Shown here: positions 27,937 to 37,233 of the stretch, piece by piece
How positions within the stretch are numbered: position 1 is the stretch's first letter
Layout of the letters: every line of letters starts with the position of its first letter
Virus record (IMG/VR): IMGVR_UViG_3300028887_000067
Location: 244,246-308,245 of that record
Strand: one strand, 5' to 3'
DNA length: 64,000 nucleotides
From: a virus
Lineage: Duplodnaviria; Caudoviricetes
Program-made: the position numbers and the translations under genes
The notes under the pieces: model-generated
Seen by the model: the letters and a program-made list of their open reading frames with translations, nothing else
Told to the model about the DNA's origin: nothing
The model's database searches: none

Positions 27937-28178
27937 GGCGACAGCGTGTAATATCTCCCGTCCCTAGCTATCAATACAATAAATACATAGCACCTAGCGC
28001 CGGCGCGAACATGGTTGGGTGTATGAAATTTTAATCCGAGCACATTATATATACGGGTCCGCATTCTCCGTACGGACGAACGGCACCCGGCATATATCGC
28101 GTAAAGAGCCAGAAGATATCTAGCCTTAAATAAGCAATGGACAACGAGTGATACCATCTTGCCTATCATGTGACCCAA
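27933..28178 (-). CDS. low-GC signal-anchored paralog (short)
   Basis: AGCRSS motif; stop codon lies inside the IS right end. Confidence 0.5.
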   Translation of the reverse strand: MGHMIGKMVSLVVHCLFKARYLLALYAIYAGCRSSVRRMRTRIYNVLGLKFHTPNHVRAGARCYVFIVLIARDGRYYTLSP

Positions 28179-28699
28179 ATTCCCTTCGACCGGTATTCCA
28201 GTACTAGTTGACGACGGGTTGCTTCGAGCTGACGCATAATCGTTTTATTCGGTCTCGCTATATCAATCTGGCTCCACTGGATATTGTTGATCAGTTCGCC
28301 GGAATCATCCTTCCACAATGCATAGGCAATGGAAACCGACTTGAACTCCATCGTAAAGCATTTATTCATATCTGACTCGAACTTCATGATGACCTTGGTG
28401 GCCTCGTAATAGTCTTTGCCTGGTACAATCAAGTCGAGACCGGTATGTATCTTCGTGAACGGGGGACCCTCGCGTACATCGGCGATACGATAGAACCTCT
28501 TCAGCGGTGCGTAATAAAACATTGCGCGGAAATGGTACCGTTTCGAGCCCCAGTTGAACACGCCGTATTTAAGCATATTCTGCACGGAATGGCGCAGTCC
28601 GGCGCATATAACCAGCCCGACCAATATCCACGCGGCTAACCTAAACGACACATAACGCACGGGCATCATAAATCCACTTTCCTTTACTACGATATTCAA
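28166..28699 (-). CDS. low-GC signal-anchored paralog
   Basis: AGLRHS motif, C-terminal EYRSKG; start uncertain. Confidence 0.6.
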   Translation of the reverse strand: MNIVVKESGFMMPVRYVSFRLAAWILVGLVICAGLRHSVQNMLKYGVFNWGSKRYHFRAMFYYAPLKRFYRIADVREGPPFTKIHTGLDLIVPGKDYYEATKVIMKFESDMNKCFTMEFKSVSIAYALWKDDSGELINNIQWSQIDIARPNKTIMRQLEATRRQLVLEYRSKGIWVT

Positions 28700-29111
28700 T
28701 GACGGCTTTCTTCTTGGCGTTGTAAAACGGCAGAAGAAACCATGTTGATATCGTGATGTACGACGTTATACGGCTGTACTCATTATCAGTAACAAATACC
28801 AATACATGCGGGTCGGATGGGTAACCCAATGCATCATTGACCGATTTGGCGAACAATTTGGCCGTTGTTATGGCTTCCCACAGATTGGCTGCCATTATGA
28901 TGATATCCAGCTCGTCGGTAAGTTCACGGAATGCTCCATTGCACACAAAGCCTGAATATATACGGTATGTTCCTCCGCGCCTCTTATGGAATATTACCCC
29001 GTGAAACTTGTACTGAACCAATCTGGTATCGTATATATGCGTAACCAGCCTCCGACACGATCTAAAGATTCCGGCCACTAAAGCCAACAATGCAAGGAAA
29101 ACCTTAATCAA
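28641..29111 (-). CDS. low-GC signal-anchored paralog
   Basis: AGIFRS motif, C-terminal EYRSKG. Confidence 0.6.
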   Translation of the reverse strand: MIKVFLALLALVAGIFRSCRRLVTHIYDTRLVQYKFHGVIFHKRRGGTYRIYSGFVCNGAFRELTDELDIIIMAANLWEAITTAKLFAKSVNDALGYPSDPHVLVFVTDNEYSRITSYITISTWFLLPFYNAKKKAVIEYRSKGKWIYDARALCVV

Positions 29112-29661
29112 GCCGCGCCTCCTTAATTAATTCCTTGGCGCATTCCTCTGGCGATCGCTCGCCACAGGCGACTTGCCTTAACTTTGCGTGGTTAGCCACA
29201 GCGTATGCGCTTACCGCCTTGATAAGGCGCATCATTCGGGGACTGACGCTCCGCTCCGGCGATTGCGACGGCCAGTACCCCCCCTGCCACATACGAAGTT
29301 TCCTATTATAGAAATAGGCTCCGCAACTAACGGTTGCGATGTGGTATGGAGCTATTTCCCTCCTGATTCGTAATAATGATAAAGCCGCATTGACTACATC
29401 ATTTAAGCCAGTTAACGTAGCTAATTTCTGGTTATCGTTGATAACTAATATTTCGGTGCCCTTAATTGGATGGACAATAATCGAAGTCTCTGTGATAAGT
29501 TCTAACACTATTTGGCGCAACGACAATATTGTCTCCGACGTGTTGGACGGGAGTTGGAATGGCAACGATTTGCTGCCCATCAGATACTTGGCCCGGTTCC
29601 GCAACGCGGAAACGATGCCGGCACACAGTACCCCCGCCAATATGAATAACCTAGTCATCAC
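29104..29661 (-). CDS. low-GC signal-anchored paralog
   Basis: AGIVSALR after hydrophobic N-terminus. Confidence 0.6.
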   Translation of the reverse strand: MMTRLFILAGVLCAGIVSALRNRAKYLMGSKSLPFQLPSNTSETILSLRQIVLELITETSIIVHPIKGTEILVINDNQKLATLTGLNDVVNAALSLLRIRREIAPYHIATVSCGAYFYNRKLRMWQGGYWPSQSPERSVSPRMMRLIKAVSAYAVANHAKLRQVACGERSPEECAKELIKEARLD

Positions 29662-30128
29662 CTATCTTGCTCCCCGTATTTTCTGCCCGCCCGATATTCC
29701 ATGAGTATCCGTTCCGGATTGTTGTTCATCTTCTCGATTACAGCCAACATTGCGTCGAACTCGGCCGGCTCGATAATACGGCATACGTAGATCATGTAAT
29801 TGATTGGTATAACATCGATATGCTCGCGATATATACACATCTCCTCGTGTATCCTGGCAAGCTGGTCGATCATCGCCTGATGTATCACATTGCTATAAGG
29901 AAAACACTTGATGTTTATGGCGGGGAATGACCGCCAGTTGCGGTCTCTCACGGCGCATGTTTCGCCACTCTGATTAATAATGACGACTTTGTAACGGATC
30001 GACTTATCCGCGACCAGTATCCGCCACCCAAACTTGGTCAGCGCACGGATGCCGGAAAATACGCCGAGCGCCGCCGAAAAGGCGAGCGCGGCCAGTTTTC
30101 CGTAAAATTTGATGTCTCGGAACTTCAT
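29658..30128 (-). CDS. low-GC signal-anchored paralog
   Basis: GVFSGIR after hydrophobic N-terminus, C-terminal EYRAG. Confidence 0.6.
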   Translation of the reverse strand: MKFRDIKFYGKLAALAFSAALGVFSGIRALTKFGWRILVADKSIRYKVVIINQSGETCAVRDRNWRSFPAINIKCFPYSNVIHQAMIDQLARIHEEMCIYREHIDVIPINYMIYVCRIIEPAEFDAMLAVIEKMNNNPERILMEYRAGRKYGEQDR

Positions 30129-30137
30129 TTCGACATC

Positions 30138-30172
30138 AAATATAGCTATTCGCCGTTACATATGCTATATTT
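30138..30172. promoter_or_regulatory. Divergent pair of (T/A)GCTATATTT promoters
   Basis: AAATATAGCT 30138-30147 (minus), TGCTATATTT 30163-30172 (plus). Confidence 0.7.
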
Positions 30173-30191
30173 CGGCACAAAGGAGATCTAT

Positions 30192-30746
30192 ATGGATATC
30201 AGCGCTATGTTTACCAGGGACGACGCTATACAAGCAATAATGAAGGCCGCCGAACTTCCTACGGACGCGTATTCCGTAAAAAACAACACGTCCAATGAAC
30301 TGTCATACGTATACAAGGATTCGGGACGCTTGTTCATTGAGGCCGCAGGTGACCTCGAGAACAACAGCGGAATGACCATCCAGCTGTATGAGCCGAAATT
30401 AAAGAAATACTGGTTCCGTGACACCGAGACGTTTGACCAGCTCCTGCCGCTCATCGTGAAACACGTCCGCGCCCTCCACCTCTACTGCAAGTCCGAGATC
30501 AAGATAAACAACGGCACGTTCAAGGTCATCGTGCAGGACCTTCGCGAAACTACGAATTCCATCTGTGGACGCCTGAGTTCACCGAACGGATTGTGGACGG
30601 TAAGATACCGCCAGGGTTCCATATACCTGGACAACCCGGACCTATTCCCCGAACAGATGTCCGACTATACCTACATGGTGCATCAGTTCTTCATCCCCGC
30701 AGTGAAAGAGCTCACGGCGAAGGACAAGAATGAAACGGACGTATAA
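30192..30746 (+). CDS. hypothetical protein
   Basis: AAGGAG RBS. Confidence 0.7.
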   Translation: MDISAMFTRDDAIQAIMKAAELPTDAYSVKNNTSNELSYVYKDSGRLFIEAAGDLENNSGMTIQLYEPKLKKYWFRDTETFDQLLPLIVKHVRALHLYCKSEIKINNGTFKVIVQDLRETTNSICGRLSSPNGLWTVRYRQGSIYLDNPDLFPEQMSDYTYMVHQFFIPAVKELTAKDKNETDV

Positions 30747-31011
30747 GGACAGGCGCGACAAGAAGTTGCGCCGTATGCTGATGGAATACGACAAGGTCAA
30801 TCACGGCGCAGGAGCCGACGTCCTGAGGAAGTACGGGGCGGACACCGACGACCTGCACAGCGCGATCAGGGAAACCTGTTCCGTACCGGGCCCGGCCGAC
30901 AACAGCAGGGCGGCCTACCGGCACGAAATACGTTCCAACAAGGAAAGGGCGCTATCCAAGTACGAGCGCCGAGAACTGGAAGAAGCAATCAACGATGAGG
31001 AAACCACATGA
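30730..31011 (+). CDS. hypothetical protein
   Basis: AAGGA RBS, 93 aa. Confidence 0.6.
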   Translation: MKRTYKDRRDKKLRRMLMEYDKVNHGAGADVLRKYGADTDDLHSAIRETCSVPGPADNSRAAYRHEIRSNKERALSKYERRELEEAINDEETT

Positions 31012-32210
31012 GCGAAGACGCCAAGCCAAACGACAAAATGAACGCATGTACTACCGACATCATAGACCCGTCGTCGGTAATGAAAAATGACCCGACTTTC
31101 TGCGGGTCTACATTGCAACAGGGAATGCCCGACCCCCGCACCGCCGAGCCCAAGGAATCCTTCCTGTTCGGCGGCGTTGTAAAGAATATGACGTTTCGCG
31201 ATGACGATATAAACCTTGTCGGCCGCCTAATCACGTTCTACAACTGCCGCTTCGAGGGCGATATCAATATCAATGCCGAAGGGTGCGCATCAATCGCGTT
31301 CAAATTTTGCTCGTTTACCAACAGCGTTACCATCAATTTGAAAAACGGGACGAATTTGTTTATCGACGACTCTGACGGAAACAACATCTCCATAAAGGCT
31401 CGTGATGATTCCATTACATGCGCCCGTATACACAATACTCGGCTATCTCGCCTTCGTATGTCGCACATACAAACGGTCCACATCAGCAAACGCATCCCTG
31501 TGAGCGTAGAAATAGCATACTGGAGCAACGTCACCATATACGACATAGTCAATGAGTTCAAATGGAGCTCCTTGTGCCTGAATTGCTCCATCGGCGAAGC
31601 CGACCTTTCACTGCACAATGTCGACATGAATAATCGTGGCTGGATTGGGATCTACGACTCCCTTTGCAAGATATACGCGAACCACGGGTCGAAAATCAAT
31701 GTTCTCCGCGCCAACAAGTCGTGCATCAAGAAACTGTCCTTGACCGACGCGAGCGTCCACATCCTGGCGGGCAATGATTCTCTTATCGACCACTGCGACA
31801 TGGTCGAATACGCCGGCGCGACCCAATCCCACGGCTTCCCCGAAATTCCGATGACCCTGTACAAGAAGGTGAAACTGAAGACCTACACCCTGTTCGGTAA
31901 ATTTGTCGGCGTGGGGCCGGCAATCGTCAAGCTGGAGGTGCCCGAACACGCCATCAAGCATTTCTCCATCGGCTCCAATAACAAGATACGCGTGTCCGAG
32001 GCGATGCCGGTCGCCGTGCTCGACATCACCGGAAGCGAGATCCGACTGCCGTGGCGCTACCGAATCACTTCATTGTTCGACCCCACGTACGAGTACCGGA
32101 TCGGACGGACCGCAGTCCCGAATCGCCCCTTCGACGACTCCGACGCCACCTGCGCTTCCGGAATCCACGGATTCCTCGACATTAAATCTGCCGTCGAGTA
32201 TACAGGATAG
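31008..32210 (+). CDS. beta-helix-like repeat protein with C-terminal DUF5758-like domain (paralog 1)
   Basis: F.NC.F repeats; LYKK, KIRVSEA, Y.IG, PFDDS..CASGIHGF. Confidence 0.75.
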   Translation: MSEDAKPNDKMNACTTDIIDPSSVMKNDPTFCGSTLQQGMPDPRTAEPKESFLFGGVVKNMTFRDDDINLVGRLITFYNCRFEGDININAEGCASIAFKFCSFTNSVTINLKNGTNLFIDDSDGNNISIKARDDSITCARIHNTRLSRLRMSHIQTVHISKRIPVSVEIAYWSNVTIYDIVNEFKWSSLCLNCSIGEADLSLHNVDMNNRGWIGIYDSLCKIYANHGSKINVLRANKSCIKKLSLTDASVHILAGNDSLIDHCDMVEYAGATQSHGFPEIPMTLYKKVKLKTYTLFGKFVGVGPAIVKLEVPEHAIKHFSIGSNNKIRVSEAMPVAVLDITGSEIRLPWRYRITSLFDPTYEYRIGRTAVPNRPFDDSDATCASGIHGFLDIKSAVEYTG

Positions 32211-32212
32211 CC

Positions 32213-33415
32213 ATGTCAAGCGAAAGTAACAAGACAATAAAGATAAAGAACAAGCGCGATGTCTTCGTCGACGGCGGCGCCGGCCTCGCGAACTATGTAT
32301 CGAAGTTCTTTGAAACGGTCGGACACGGCGACGAGGAGAGGACCATCTGCGTGTCCGACACCACCTTCGTCGTGAGAAACGACCAGTCCCATTTCTTCAT
32401 CCCCGGCACGCAGGTCAAGTTCCTCAGGTGCAAGTTCAATTGCATCGAACTCCTCATGGCGAACCAGTGCGTGTTCCAGAACTGCATCTTCGATGCCGAC
32501 ACCGTAATCTCGATGGTCCACGACAAGAAGATCTCCCTGGTCGGCTGTACGAAGGGATCGCTGATCCGCTTCACCTCGTACTACCCAAGGGCGGAGCTCG
32601 TCATCGACGGCGTCAACCGCTCGGTCTCCCTCGGCATATCGGCGACCGGCTTCGGCAAGGTGACCATCGCCAACCTTTCCGACCCGCTGGACGGCGTCCT
32701 GATCGAGAAGACCGGCGAGGTGGTGTTCGACCACGTGTGCATGTATGGCAGGACCCAGCCCGACTGCGCAATACGCATCAACGATATGAACGGCGCCGAC
32801 GACAGGGGGTTGACGTTCATCGAATCGACCATCAACGTACCCGTCCTCGTCCGCGACTCGTTCGTCAACATATTCGCCAGGAACCATTCCACGGTCAACT
32901 ACCTCGAGGTGGACCTCTCCATGCTGAAACGCATCTGGGTCGAGCTCAAGTGCGCCGTGAACACGCTGAAGACGTTCCGCAGCACGTTCGCCTCGAACCG
33001 CGTCGGGCCGGGCAAGGCCAACCTGTTCCCCACCCAGTCCAGCGGCTACGACACGTTGCCGGAAATATTCATCTACAAGAAGGCCGACCTGTATCTCGGC
33101 CCGTGGTTCCTGCCGTCATGGCTCTGCATCAAGACCCGCCACCAAGTGATAGTGGAACTCCGCGTCCCCGAGGGGGCCGGGCGCCACGCGTCCATCGACG
33201 GCAAGATCAGGGTGGAACGCGCCAAGGTATTCGCCTTCCGCTACCTCCAAGGGAAGGTCGGCCCGTTCCACTCGGTCCGCAGCTTGCACTACCCGAATTT
33301 CACGTACAGGATGTGCAAGGACGTCCGGCCCGACGAGCCGTTCGACAACTCCGACAACACGTGCGCCTCCGGGATCCACGGGTTCCTCTCCCTCAATGAA
33401 GCGCTCAACTACTAG
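32213..33415 (+). CDS. DUF5758-like paralog 2
   Basis: IYKK, KIRVERA, PFDNSDNTCASGIHGF. Confidence 0.75.
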   Translation: MSSESNKTIKIKNKRDVFVDGGAGLANYVSKFFETVGHGDEERTICVSDTTFVVRNDQSHFFIPGTQVKFLRCKFNCIELLMANQCVFQNCIFDADTVISMVHDKKISLVGCTKGSLIRFTSYYPRAELVIDGVNRSVSLGISATGFGKVTIANLSDPLDGVLIEKTGEVVFDHVCMYGRTQPDCAIRINDMNGADDRGLTFIESTINVPVLVRDSFVNIFARNHSTVNYLEVDLSMLKRIWVELKCAVNTLKTFRSTFASNRVGPGKANLFPTQSSGYDTLPEIFIYKKADLYLGPWFLPSWLCIKTRHQVIVELRVPEGAGRHASIDGKIRVERAKVFAFRYLQGKVGPFHSVRSLHYPNFTYRMCKDVRPDEPFDNSDNTCASGIHGFLSLNEALNY

Positions 33416-33423
33416 GATGACAT

Positions 33424-34716
33424 ATGGAAGAAATTAGCCTTTCGAAGAAAAAGTGGCCGAAGGACCCCGAACTGGTCCGGAAGACCGACCCGCAATTCCG
33501 CGGATCGACCCTGGAATACGACTACTGCGAGACGCATTGCGTCACCGACGACGGCTTTGCCAGGGTCGTCGACGAACACGCCATGGTGGATGTCGACGAC
33601 GACCACAACCCGATCGTCGTCATCCGCGACATGGTGTTCGCCGGACGCATCTACGTTACCCTGGACGGCACCAAGTTCGCGTCCAAGATATACCCCCACC
33701 GCGTCGTGTTCAGGAACTGCGTGTTCCAGATGGACCTCGGCCTCCCGCCCGCGATCTACGTAAGCTCGACCACCGTGTTCGCCGACTGCTCGTTCAGCCC
33801 GAATACTATCGTCCACGCCGGATGTCGCTCGAACATCACCTTCCGCTACCCCTTCAGCGCATCGATGGAAGTGCGCGGGACGGAACCGGTCGAAATGCTT
33901 CCCGGCACCAGAGTGTCCTTCGACCACGCGGACGGCGTCAGGGACCTCCACATCAACTACGTGAGGGAAGCCACCATACACGACGGGACGGCGCCCTACT
34001 GCGTCCAAGCCTACGCCTGCTGCAGACTGACGCTCGCCCGTCTCGGCCCGAACAGCCATCAGAAAACGTCGGTCAGCTTCGACAATGCAGCCGGGTACCG
34101 CCCGCAGCTGTCCTTCGACAGGTGCTCTCTCGACCCGTCTGTGTCGACCGTGAGCGTAAACGACTCGGCGGACTGCGGCGTGTCGTCCGTCGAATCGGAG
34201 CTCGGGTGCCTCCACGTGGTCGACAGCGTCCTCAGGTCGTTCAACCTCGAAAGGGGGTCCATACGCGTCCTCAGCGCGACCAACTCCATCTGCAAGCTGT
34301 GGGAAGGCGACCCGCCGGGCTTCGCGGCGTCCATCAATTCCCTCGGCTTCCCCGAGACCCCCGCCGTCCTGTACAAGAAGGTCCGCATCGACTACCACGA
34401 CGGGAGGCCGGCGCTACGCACCCTGCTCAAGCTCGAGGTCCCCGCCGGCGCCCTCAAGTGCTACAGCAGCTACAACACGGGAACCTGCGGGAAGATACGC
34501 GTCTCCGAGGCGAGGGTCGTCGCCATGGTCGACTCCGACGGCAACCCCCACAGGAAGCCGTTCCTCTCGTCGCTCTCCAGCATCCACGACCCCAACTTCA
34601 AGTACAGGATAGGCAAGACCGTCCGCCCGAAGACACCGTTCCTCGTGGCCGACGAGGTCTGCGCCCCCGGTATCCACGGGTTCCTCTCCGTCGAGGAAGC
34701 GGCAAACTACGAATAG
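33424..34716 (+). CDS. DUF5758-like paralog 3
   Basis: LYKK, KIRVSEA, CAPGIHGF. Confidence 0.75.
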   Translation: MEEISLSKKKWPKDPELVRKTDPQFRGSTLEYDYCETHCVTDDGFARVVDEHAMVDVDDDHNPIVVIRDMVFAGRIYVTLDGTKFASKIYPHRVVFRNCVFQMDLGLPPAIYVSSTTVFADCSFSPNTIVHAGCRSNITFRYPFSASMEVRGTEPVEMLPGTRVSFDHADGVRDLHINYVREATIHDGTAPYCVQAYACCRLTLARLGPNSHQKTSVSFDNAAGYRPQLSFDRCSLDPSVSTVSVNDSADCGVSSVESELGCLHVVDSVLRSFNLERGSIRVLSATNSICKLWEGDPPGFAASINSLGFPETPAVLYKKVRIDYHDGRPALRTLLKLEVPAGALKCYSSYNTGTCGKIRVSEARVVAMVDSDGNPHRKPFLSSLSSIHDPNFKYRIGKTVRPKTPFLVADEVCAPGIHGFLSVEEAANYE

Positions 34717-34722
34717 CGAGAC

Positions 34723-35052
34723 ATGAAGACGTACACAGAGAAGAAAGCCCTGGAACTGCTCGCGCTGCCGTGTCTCGGCTACCACACGTATTCCCCCGAC
34801 GGGAACGAGTTCGACTGCGAATACCAGGCCGAATGCATCTGCGAGGACTGCATCTGCAACTTCGGCGAATGCCACGGCCACATCGACCCCAGGACGAACC
34901 ACCACGTCTCCCAGAAAATCCTCGACAAGATGCGGGAAATCTACTCCTTGCCGTTCCGGCGGATGAAGGACAACCCGCTGCCCCCAGAAGAGTTCCGGAA
35001 GTACCTAGAAGACCTCCAATACTGGAAATATCCCACGCCGTACAGAGGGTAA
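34723..35052 (+). CDS. Cys-rich hypothetical protein
   Basis: C..Y, CICEDCIC cluster; fills gap between paralogs. Confidence 0.6.
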   Translation: MKTYTEKKALELLALPCLGYHTYSPDGNEFDCEYQAECICEDCICNFGECHGHIDPRTNHHVSQKILDKMREIYSLPFRRMKDNPLPPEEFRKYLEDLQYWKYPTPYRG

Positions 35053-35055
35053 CCC

Positions 35056-36363
35056 ATGACCAAGAAAAAGACAGACACCAAAGAAGACAGCGCCGTCCTC
35101 CTGGACGACAGCCTCCCCTTCGACACGTTCCTAAAAAAGCACGCCCGCGTGGACAGCTTCCTCTTCCAGGAAGAGAGCTGGCGTTCCGGCGAAGTCCCGA
35201 AAGGCCTGGCCAAGGCGTACACCCTGCCGGCCTTCATCGTCGAGAACCTCACCCTGATGTCGAACGACATCCGCATCGAACCCGGCGACAAGTCCCGCCC
35301 CGTCGTCTTCAGGAACTGCACCTTCCGCCCCGTCCTGAACAAATGCACGACGTTCGTGCGGATCGCCGAGGAGAGGAAGGCTGAGTTCGTCGACTGCAGG
35401 TTCGAGGCGCCGCACAGGACCTGCTTCACCGTCGAATCAGGCGCCGACCTCAACCTCACCCGCTCGAAAACCGAGTCCACGATACTCGTCGAGGGGATGG
35501 GCAACTCCGACGTCAGGGTGGACGACTGCGACATCTTCAATTTCCTCGTGATGTCCGTCTACCGCATCAACTTCGTCTCGAGACTCCCCTACTCGGTCGA
35601 CATCGAACAGGCCTCGTACGTACAGGTCTCCGACGTGGACGAGTCGGACCCCAGGTTCGAGTCGGCGCACCCGTGTCTCTCCGTCTGGAACGGGAAGGAC
35701 GGCGCGTTCTCCACTGTCCGTTTCTACGACTCCGCCCTATCCGCAAAAAGGGTCGTTTCCATCCGGGACTCCGTATACTCCGTCTACTGCCTGCGTTCCC
35801 ATATACAGGTCCTCGACATAGAGCAGTCGCTCATAAGGCAGCTCTATACCCCCGATTCCACGATACGGATGCTCAGGACGGCCGACTCGACCCTCGTCGA
35901 GCCCTGCGGCAAGTCCGTGGAGAACGCGGTGCGCTCCTGCGCCCCCGCGAGGTCGCACGGCTTCCCCGACCTGCCCATGGTCCTGTACAAGAAGGCCGTA
36001 CTCCGTATCCCTAGCCGAAACCCATTCTCCCGAAAATGCGCCCGCAGCGAGGAGGTCATCGTCAAGCTGTCCGTCCCCGCCTCGGCCAGGAAACGCTACG
36101 ATACCTCCTACAGGAAGATAAGGGTCTCCGAGGCCGTCGTCACGGGCCTGTACAACCTGAAGAACGAAGAGCTGACCCTCCCTGCCCTCGGTCGCCTCCT
36201 CGGACGCTACGAGGTCCACTCGTTCAGGGACACCTCCTTCAGGTACTGGCCGAACAAGACGGTGAAGCCGTCCCTCCCGTTCGACGACTCCGACAACACG
36301 TGCTCCTCCGGGATCCACGGGTTCCTCGACTTCGAGGACGCCGTCAACTACAGCATCTGGTAG
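35056..36363 (+). CDS. DUF5758-like paralog 4
   Basis: LYKK, KIRVSEA, PFDDSDNTCSSGIHGF. Confidence 0.75.
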   Translation: MTKKKTDTKEDSAVLLDDSLPFDTFLKKHARVDSFLFQEESWRSGEVPKGLAKAYTLPAFIVENLTLMSNDIRIEPGDKSRPVVFRNCTFRPVLNKCTTFVRIAEERKAEFVDCRFEAPHRTCFTVESGADLNLTRSKTESTILVEGMGNSDVRVDDCDIFNFLVMSVYRINFVSRLPYSVDIEQASYVQVSDVDESDPRFESAHPCLSVWNGKDGAFSTVRFYDSALSAKRVVSIRDSVYSVYCLRSHIQVLDIEQSLIRQLYTPDSTIRMLRTADSTLVEPCGKSVENAVRSCAPARSHGFPDLPMVLYKKAVLRIPSRNPFSRKCARSEEVIVKLSVPASARKRYDTSYRKIRVSEAVVTGLYNLKNEELTLPALGRLLGRYEVHSFRDTSFRYWPNKTVKPSLPFDDSDNTCSSGIHGFLDFEDAVNYSIW

Positions 36364-36678
36364 CGGACACGTCACCCAGTACCCCCCTACCCCCCGTACC
36401 CCCCAAATTTTTTTTGAAAACGGGTCACTGGGCATGCGTTTTTACGTGGGTAGGGCCCGACGGCACCCCTATATGAATATGCCGAGACCCCCCAGCATAT
36501 AGTATGCTCCGGTCGATTTTCCGCACCGGGGCTTTTGATTTTTTTGTTTTTTCGTACCCATGAATAATTTTTGAAAAATTTCCCCGCCCCTCTTCCCCTG
36601 CCTCTCCCTTGCCTCCCTCTGCCCCCGTTGTCCGACCCTGCCAGGCCCTGCCGGTTCCGGCAACCCCCGGCACACCCC

Positions 36679-36725
36679 TGCCAGACCCATGCCAGACCCA
36701 TGCCAGACCCATGCCAGACCTTGCC
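36679..36725 (+). repeat. 11-bp tandem repeat TGCCAGACCCA x~4
   Basis: units at 36679, 36690, 36701 and a partial one at 36712. Confidence 0.9.
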
Positions 36726-36892
36726 GGAGCCGGCCCGCCTGGCCACCGGCCGCGAGCGTAAACCCCCACCAGAAAAAGGTGCCCGAATGTGCCCTACGGC
36801 GGTTTCGGCCACTACCGATCCGGGTCCGGGGTTCCTCCGGGTCGGCATCGGGATGGACGTGAGGACACAACCCCCTCGCATCGGAGTTGACT

Positions 36893-37048
36893 ATAGCAAC
36901 GTGTGACATTGACAAGTTCTTCGACGACCTCGTGGCGAACGGAGCCAAGGAGCTGGATGCAGACAGGTACTTCAGGTGCCTGCGCAGCGGCATAAAGCCC
37001 CAAATGGCGGTGAAGATTTCCGCCATCCGCACGTCGCGTAAAGGTTAG
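36893..37048 (+). CDS. 51-aa ORF with non-canonical ATA start (or start-mutated pseudogene)
   Basis: element copy 36826 + GGAGTTGA RBS, then ATA GCA ACG...GGT TAG open frame. Confidence 0.45.
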   Translation: MATCDIDKFFDDLVANGAKELDADRYFRCLRSGIKPQMAVKISAIRTSRKG

Positions 37049-37233
37049 GCGCTTGTAATGGACATTTGGGCATATACGGCGGTTTCCCGCCGTATATTTT
37101 TGCCCTTCCGGCCTGTGCCACTGCCGGCCCGTTGCCGGGGCTCCTCAGCGCCCCCATCGGATGTGTGTAAGGCGAAAGGCCGAGCACCGAACGGGTGGCG
37201 GTAAGGTTCCACCCCTCTCAAAGGAGTTAAGCT

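Noticed and set aside
31008-36363. Diversity-generating retroelement acting on the shared 3' ends
   Set aside because: No reverse transcriptase or non-coding template repeat seen; differences are not adenine-specific
36387-37032. Minus-strand ORFs over the boundary region
   Set aside because: Low-complexity translations of repeats and homopolymer tracts, no RBS
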